NCBI GenBank assembly: GCA_965217865.1
Contig: CBDCJO010000002.1
Span: forward strand, 1,184,001 to 1,248,000
Direction of reading: 5' to 3'
DNA from: Candidatus Latescibacterota bacterium
Lineage (GTDB): Bacteria; Latescibacterota; UBA2968; SICM01
DNA: 64,000 nt
Shown here: positions 59,859-64,000 of the stretch, piece by piece
Layout of the letters: every line of letters begins with the position of its first letter
Position numbering within the stretch: position 1 is the first letter of the stretch
The notes under the pieces: generated by a model
Database searches by the model: none
The model's input: the letters and a program-made list of their open reading frames with translations, nothing else
Told to the model about the DNA's origin: nothing
Position numbers and translations under genes: made by a program

Positions 59859-61103
59859 CTACGATCCCATTTGATATTTTCCAAAGACCGTGACGGCATT
59901 ATGGCCCCCGAACCCGAAGGAGTTGTTCATGGCGATGGATACCTCTTTCCGCCTCGCACGGTTGGGGACGTAGTCCAGGTCACATTCAGGATCGGGATTC
60001 GCTTGGTTGATCGTGGGCGGGATAATGTCCTGATGGATACTGAGGATGCATCCGATGGACTCCACTGCGCCTGATGCACCCAGGAGATGGCCGACCATCG
60101 ACTTGGTCGAACTCACGGCCAGCTTGTAAGCGTGATCCCCGAAGACCCTCTTGATCGCTCGGGTCTCGTTTTTATCCCCGATCGGCGTTGAAGTCCCGTG
60201 GGCGTTGATATAATCGACATCCCCCGGGTCTATTCCCGACTGTTTAATGGCCAACCGCATGGCTTGAGCCGGCCCCTCGTCCGAGGGATTGGTCTGGTGG
60301 TAGGCGTCTGCGGAAAAGCCGAATCCCAGAACCTCGGCATATACCCGAGCACCTCTGGCCTCGGCGTGGGCCAGATCCTCAAGAATTAAAGTCCCGGCGC
60401 CCTCACCCAGAACGAACCCATCCCGTTTCGCATCGAACGGGCAACTGGCCATTTCCGGACTATCATTGCGGCGCGAGAGCGCCTTCATGTTTGAGAACCC
60501 CCCGACCGCCATGGGACTCACCGCGGCTTCGCCCCCCCCGGTGATCATCACGTCCGCCTCCCCGTCCCGGATGGTCTTGAAAGCGGATCCGATCGCATGT
60601 CCCGCTGACGAACACGCGGAGACAGTCGTATAGTTTGGTCCCCTGGCGCCCAGGGTGATCGAGATTTGTCCGGAGGTCATATCCGCGATCATCATGGGGA
60701 TAAAGAAAGGACTGATCCGGCGGGGCCCCTTCTGCAGGAGCCGTCTATGCTGCTCCTCGAACGTCCAGATCCCACCGATGCCCGAGCCGTAGATGACCCC
60801 AACAAGATCCGGGTCTTCGGCCTCCATATCAAGTCCAGCGTCCCGGACGGCCTCGAGGGTTGCACAGACGGCATATTGGACGCAGGGATCGTTCCGGTTC
60901 GCCTCCTTCTTATTCATCCCCATGGAAACCGGGTCGAAACCCTTCAACTCCCCGGCGAACTTCACGTCGAACGCAGAGGTGTCGAACCCGACGATGGGTG
61001 CGATCCCACTTTTGCCATTGCAGATCGCCTCCCAGAAGGTCGGTGCGGAAAGGCCGTTGCACGCCAGGACGCCCACACCGGTCACGACGACTCTACGTCC
61101 CAT
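59859..61103 (-). CDS. fabF: Beta-ketoacyl-ACP synthase II
   Basis: SACSS, NAHGTST, GHLLGA, SFGFGGHN. Confidence 0.96.
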   Translation of the reverse strand: MGRRVVVTGVGVLACNGLSAPTFWEAICNGKSGIAPIVGFDTSAFDVKFAGELKGFDPVSMGMNKKEANRNDPCVQYAVCATLEAVRDAGLDMEAEDPDLVGVIYGSGIGGIWTFEEQHRRLLQKGPRRISPFFIPMMIADMTSGQISITLGARGPNYTTVSACSSAGHAIGSAFKTIRDGEADVMITGGGEAAVSPMAVGGFSNMKALSRRNDSPEMASCPFDAKRDGFVLGEGAGTLILEDLAHAEARGARVYAEVLGFGFSADAYHQTNPSDEGPAQAMRLAIKQSGIDPGDVDYINAHGTSTPIGDKNETRAIKRVFGDHAYKLAVSSTKSMVGHLLGASGAVESIGCILSIHQDIIPPTINQANPDPECDLDYVPNRARRKEVSIAMNNSFGFGGHNAVTVFGKYQMGS

Positions 61104-61132
61104 AAGGAACCTCTCGGATACGGATCCCCGAC

Positions 61133-61381
61133 CTATTCCCCGGACCCTTCCTGTTTTCCCTCGAGATATTTTACCGCGTCGCCGACCGTGACCATCTTCT
61201 CGGCATCCTCATCTGGAATCTCCAGGTCGAAAGCCTCCTCGAATGCCATCACGAGCTCGACCGTATCCAGGGAGTCTGCCCCCAGATCATCGATAAAAGA
61301 TGCATCGGGATTTACATCCTCGGGCTTCACGCCGAGCTGTTCAACGACAAGATCAAGCACCCGATCCTCAATGGAAGCCAT
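61133..61381 (-). CDS. acpP: Acyl carrier protein
   Basis: [12 protein letters not shown]. Confidence 0.97.
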   Translation of the reverse strand: MASIEDRVLDLVVEQLGVKPEDVNPDASFIDDLGADSLDTVELVMAFEEAFDLEIPDEDAEKMVTVGDAVKYLEGKQEGSGE

Positions 61382-61455
61382 GCGCTTTCCTCCGTGATTA
61401 ACCGGACCCGCTTAAGAGCCCTTTCGTTTGATCTTGACCGCTTGGTGAAACTCGT

Positions 61456-62202
61456 TCACATCGTCATCCCGCCGTCCACGACGATCACCTGCCCCGTGAT
61501 GTATTCTGCATCGTCTGAAGCAAGATACGCGACGGCAGCGGCAACATCTTCGGCGTTTCCGGGCCGCCCCATCGGCACCCGCGCCAAAAGAGCGCTTTTG
61601 ACCTCAGGGGGGAGACCCTCCGTCATCTCCGTAGGGATATAACCCGGGGCTACCGCGTTTGCTGTGATACCCCGGGAAACGAATTCCCGAGCTACGGACT
61701 TCGTCAAGCCGATCAGCCCGGCCTTTGAAGCCGCATAGTTCGCTTGGGCGGCGTTGCCTGTAAGAGCAACGACCGATGAGATATTGATGATCCGCCCCCG
61801 TTTTGCTTTTATCATCGGCCGGACCGCCGCGCGCATGGTAAGGAACGCCCCCTTGAGGTTCACCTCAAGGACCCGTCCCCAGTCCTCCTCTTTCATCCTC
61901 AGGAGCATGCCGTCCCGGGCGACCCCCGCGTTATTAACAAGAATATCCAGTCTCCCTAACTCGGAGACCACGGAGGCGATGAAAGGATTGACCGTTCCGG
62001 AGTCGGAAACGTCCACCTGACGAACGATCGCCCGCCTGCCCAGCGACTTGACCTCTTCGGCCACCCGTTCGGCTGCCTCAACGCTGCGGCTGGAACAAAG
62101 CGCCAAGTCTGCACCCTCCGAAGCGAGACGTATCGCTACGGCCCTGCCGATCCCTCGTGACCCCCCGGTCACCACCGCAACCTGTCCTTCGAGTCGTCTC
62201 AT
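61456..62202 (-). CDS. fabG: 3-oxoacyl-ACP reductase
   Basis: TGGSRGIG, NNAG, YAASK. Confidence 0.96.
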   Translation of the reverse strand: MRRLEGQVAVVTGGSRGIGRAVAIRLASEGADLALCSSRSVEAAERVAEEVKSLGRRAIVRQVDVSDSGTVNPFIASVVSELGRLDILVNNAGVARDGMLLRMKEEDWGRVLEVNLKGAFLTMRAAVRPMIKAKRGRIINISSVVALTGNAAQANYAASKAGLIGLTKSVAREFVSRGITANAVAPGYIPTEMTEGLPPEVKSALLARVPMGRPGNAEDVAAAVAYLASDDAEYITGQVIVVDGGMTM

Positions 62203-63125
62203 GCTGCCTTCGAAAACGCTTCCAGATCCTCCGGTCCCCCTACACAGCTGACTCGGATCTCCGGATCGATTCTACGAGCGAGCCCCTTCAGGACGTTTCC
62301 CGGACCGACCTCGATCATATCTCGGACCCCCTCGTTCACGATCCTCCGGACAGATGTATGCCATAGGACAGGACACGTCAACTGCTTCAAAAAAAGATCT
62401 TTAAGTCGTTCGGATTTTGTCTCGGGCTGGGCGGTCGTGTTGCTGACGATCGGCAGGGTTGCACGGGAAAATCGGATCCCCTCCAAAACGGGTCGCAGGA
62501 ATTCGATCGCGGGGGCCATCAGTTCGGTATGGAATGCCCCGCTGACGGCCAGTTCAATCGCACGCGTGGCCCCCCGGGATTTGGCCGATTTCATCGCAGA
62601 ACGGACGGCCTCAACCTCCCCGGAGATGACGATCTGTTCGGGGGAGTTCAGGTTGGCCGGAAAGACGGTCCCAGGTACTTCGGAGCAGAGGCCCGCAACC
62701 TGCTCTGCGTCCAGGCCGATGATCGCGGCCATCGTCCCCGTCCTCCTGGCCCCTGCGGCCTCCATGGCCCTCCCACGCGCGGCGACCAGTTTCAGTCCCT
62801 CTTCAAATCCGAAGACATCCGCCGCATACAACGCCGCACATTCACCGACGCTGTGTCCCGCCACAATCGTGGATGAGACGCCCGTCTCTCTAAGGGCCTC
62901 ATACGCCACGAGGCTATGGACGAACACGGCAGGTTGTGTGACCGAGGTCTTTTTCAAGTCCTCCTCGGGCCCTTCAAACGAAACCCGTTTAAGATCGTAG
63001 TCCAGAATTTCGCTCGCACGGTCATAAAGGCCGCGGGCGACATCGGAGACTTCGTAGAAGGCCTTTCCCATGCCCACATACTGGGATGCCTGTCCGGGAA
63101 AGAGGAATGCGAATCGACGGCTCAA
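62199..63125 (-). CDS. fabD: Malonyl-CoA:ACP transacylase
   Basis: FPGQ, GHSVGE, VSGAFH. Confidence 0.96.
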   Translation of the reverse strand: MSRRFAFLFPGQASQYVGMGKAFYEVSDVARGLYDRASEILDYDLKRVSFEGPEEDLKKTSVTQPAVFVHSLVAYEALRETGVSSTIVAGHSVGECAALYAADVFGFEEGLKLVAARGRAMEAAGARRTGTMAAIIGLDAEQVAGLCSEVPGTVFPANLNSPEQIVISGEVEAVRSAMKSAKSRGATRAIELAVSGAFHTELMAPAIEFLRPVLEGIRFSRATLPIVSNTTAQPETKSERLKDLFLKQLTCPVLWHTSVRRIVNEGVRDMIEVGPGNVLKGLARRIDPEIRVSCVGGPEDLEAFSKAA

Positions 63126-64000
63126 AACGCCCAGCGCAACAGAGCGCTGCCCCAGGTATAACCCGCCCCGGCACTGGCCAGAACGACCAGATCACCCTGT
63201 TTGATCCGGCCTTCGTCTGCAGCTTCGCAAAGCCCGATAGGAATCGTGCCGCACGTCGTGTTCCCGTAACGATCGATGTTGGCGACCACTTTGTCTTTTT
63301 CGAGACCCATCCGCCGTGCGGCCGCGTCGATGATCCGATTATTGGCCTGATGCGGAACGAAAAGGTCAACATCCTTTCCCGTCAGATCGTTTCGACGCAG
63401 GATCTCCGCGGAGATGTCGGCCATGCTCGAAACGGCAAACTTGAACACCGCGCGACCGTCCTGATGCACGAAGTGCATCTTTTTATCGACGGTATCGTGA
63501 GTTGCGGGGTTCAAACTGCCACCTCCAGGCATATACAGAAATCTTCCGCCGGACCCATCGACCTGGAACCGAAAATCCAGAAGCCCAGACGTCAGGTCTT
63601 CGGTCGGCTCCAAAAGGACCGCTCCTGCCCCGTCTCCGAAAAGGACGCAGGTCTCCCGGTCGGAATAGTCGACGATCGACGACATCTTGTCTGCTCCGAT
63701 CACCAGGACCTTTTTGTGGGCACCGGTCAGGATGAATTGGGCCCCTACGACCAGCGCGTAAAGAAAACCGCAACAGGCCCCTGACAGGTCGAAACCCCAA
63801 GCCCGACCCGCGTTGATCCCCTCCTGGACCAGGCAGGCCGTGGCCGGAAACATCATGTCAGGTGTTACGGTGGACACCACGATCAGGTCGATCTCATCCG
63901 GGGAAACGCCTCGATTCTCGAGGACCTGTCTGGCCGCCTGGATGGCCATGGTGGAGCTCCCGAGCCCTTTATCCAGGATCCGACGCTCGGAAATACCGGT
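63122..64000 (-). CDS. fabH: Beta-ketoacyl-ACP synthase III, 5'-truncated by window edge
   Basis: TGISERR, GACCGF, PHQAN, GNT; frame open to 64000. Confidence 0.95.
   Translation of the reverse strand, partial: TGISERRILDKGLGSSTMAIQAARQVLENRGVSPDEIDLIVVSTVTPDMMFPATACLVQEGINAGRAWGFDLSGACCGFLYALVVGAQFILTGAHKKVLVIGADKMSSIVDYSDRETCVLFGDGAGAVLLEPTEDLTSGLLDFRFQVDGSGGRFLYMPGGGSLNPATHDTVDKKMHFVHQDGRAVFKFAVSSMADISAEILRRNDLTGKDVDLFVPHQANNRIIDAAARRMGLEKDKVVANIDRYGNTTCGTIPIGLCEAADEGRIKQGDLVVLASAGAGYTWGSALLRWAF

Noticed and set aside
59859-64000. Type II PKS cluster
   Set aside because: Canonical fabH-D-G-acpP-fabF-rnc order with no chain-length factor
1-64000. CRISPR arrays, tRNA/rRNA genes, prophage
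   Set aside because: No regularly spaced repeats, RNA gene signatures or phage genes recognised by eye

Overview
GC-rich bacterial chromosome segment. A double EF-hand/dockerin-like C-terminal motif suggests an FCB-superphylum candidate lineage such as Latescibacterota, but this is inference only. It is mostly housekeeping: RND permease, hflKC, zapA, ggt, purL, CHAD, membrane pyrophosphatase, uvrB, rsbVW, a ccsA-hemA-hemC-cobA/hemD haem operon, anmK, lpdA, rnc and fabHDG-acpP-fabF. It carries three IS elements (IS200, IS1595, IS1182-like), several frameshifted genes, an exact 223-bp tandem duplication and recurring heptamer arrays. The most interesting region is about 44.5-59 kb. There an orphan GlmL/MutL-like ASKHA protein (no glutamate mutase subunits nearby), a lipoyl/biotinyl-like barrel-sandwich protein, a DUF6754-type protein, a probable distant paralogue, two polytopic membrane proteins and two small proteins are interleaved with a complete oligopeptide ABC transporter. 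The block lies directly downstream of a lipoate-ligase-family gene and the fab operon. All calls come from motif recognition by eye; no searches were run.
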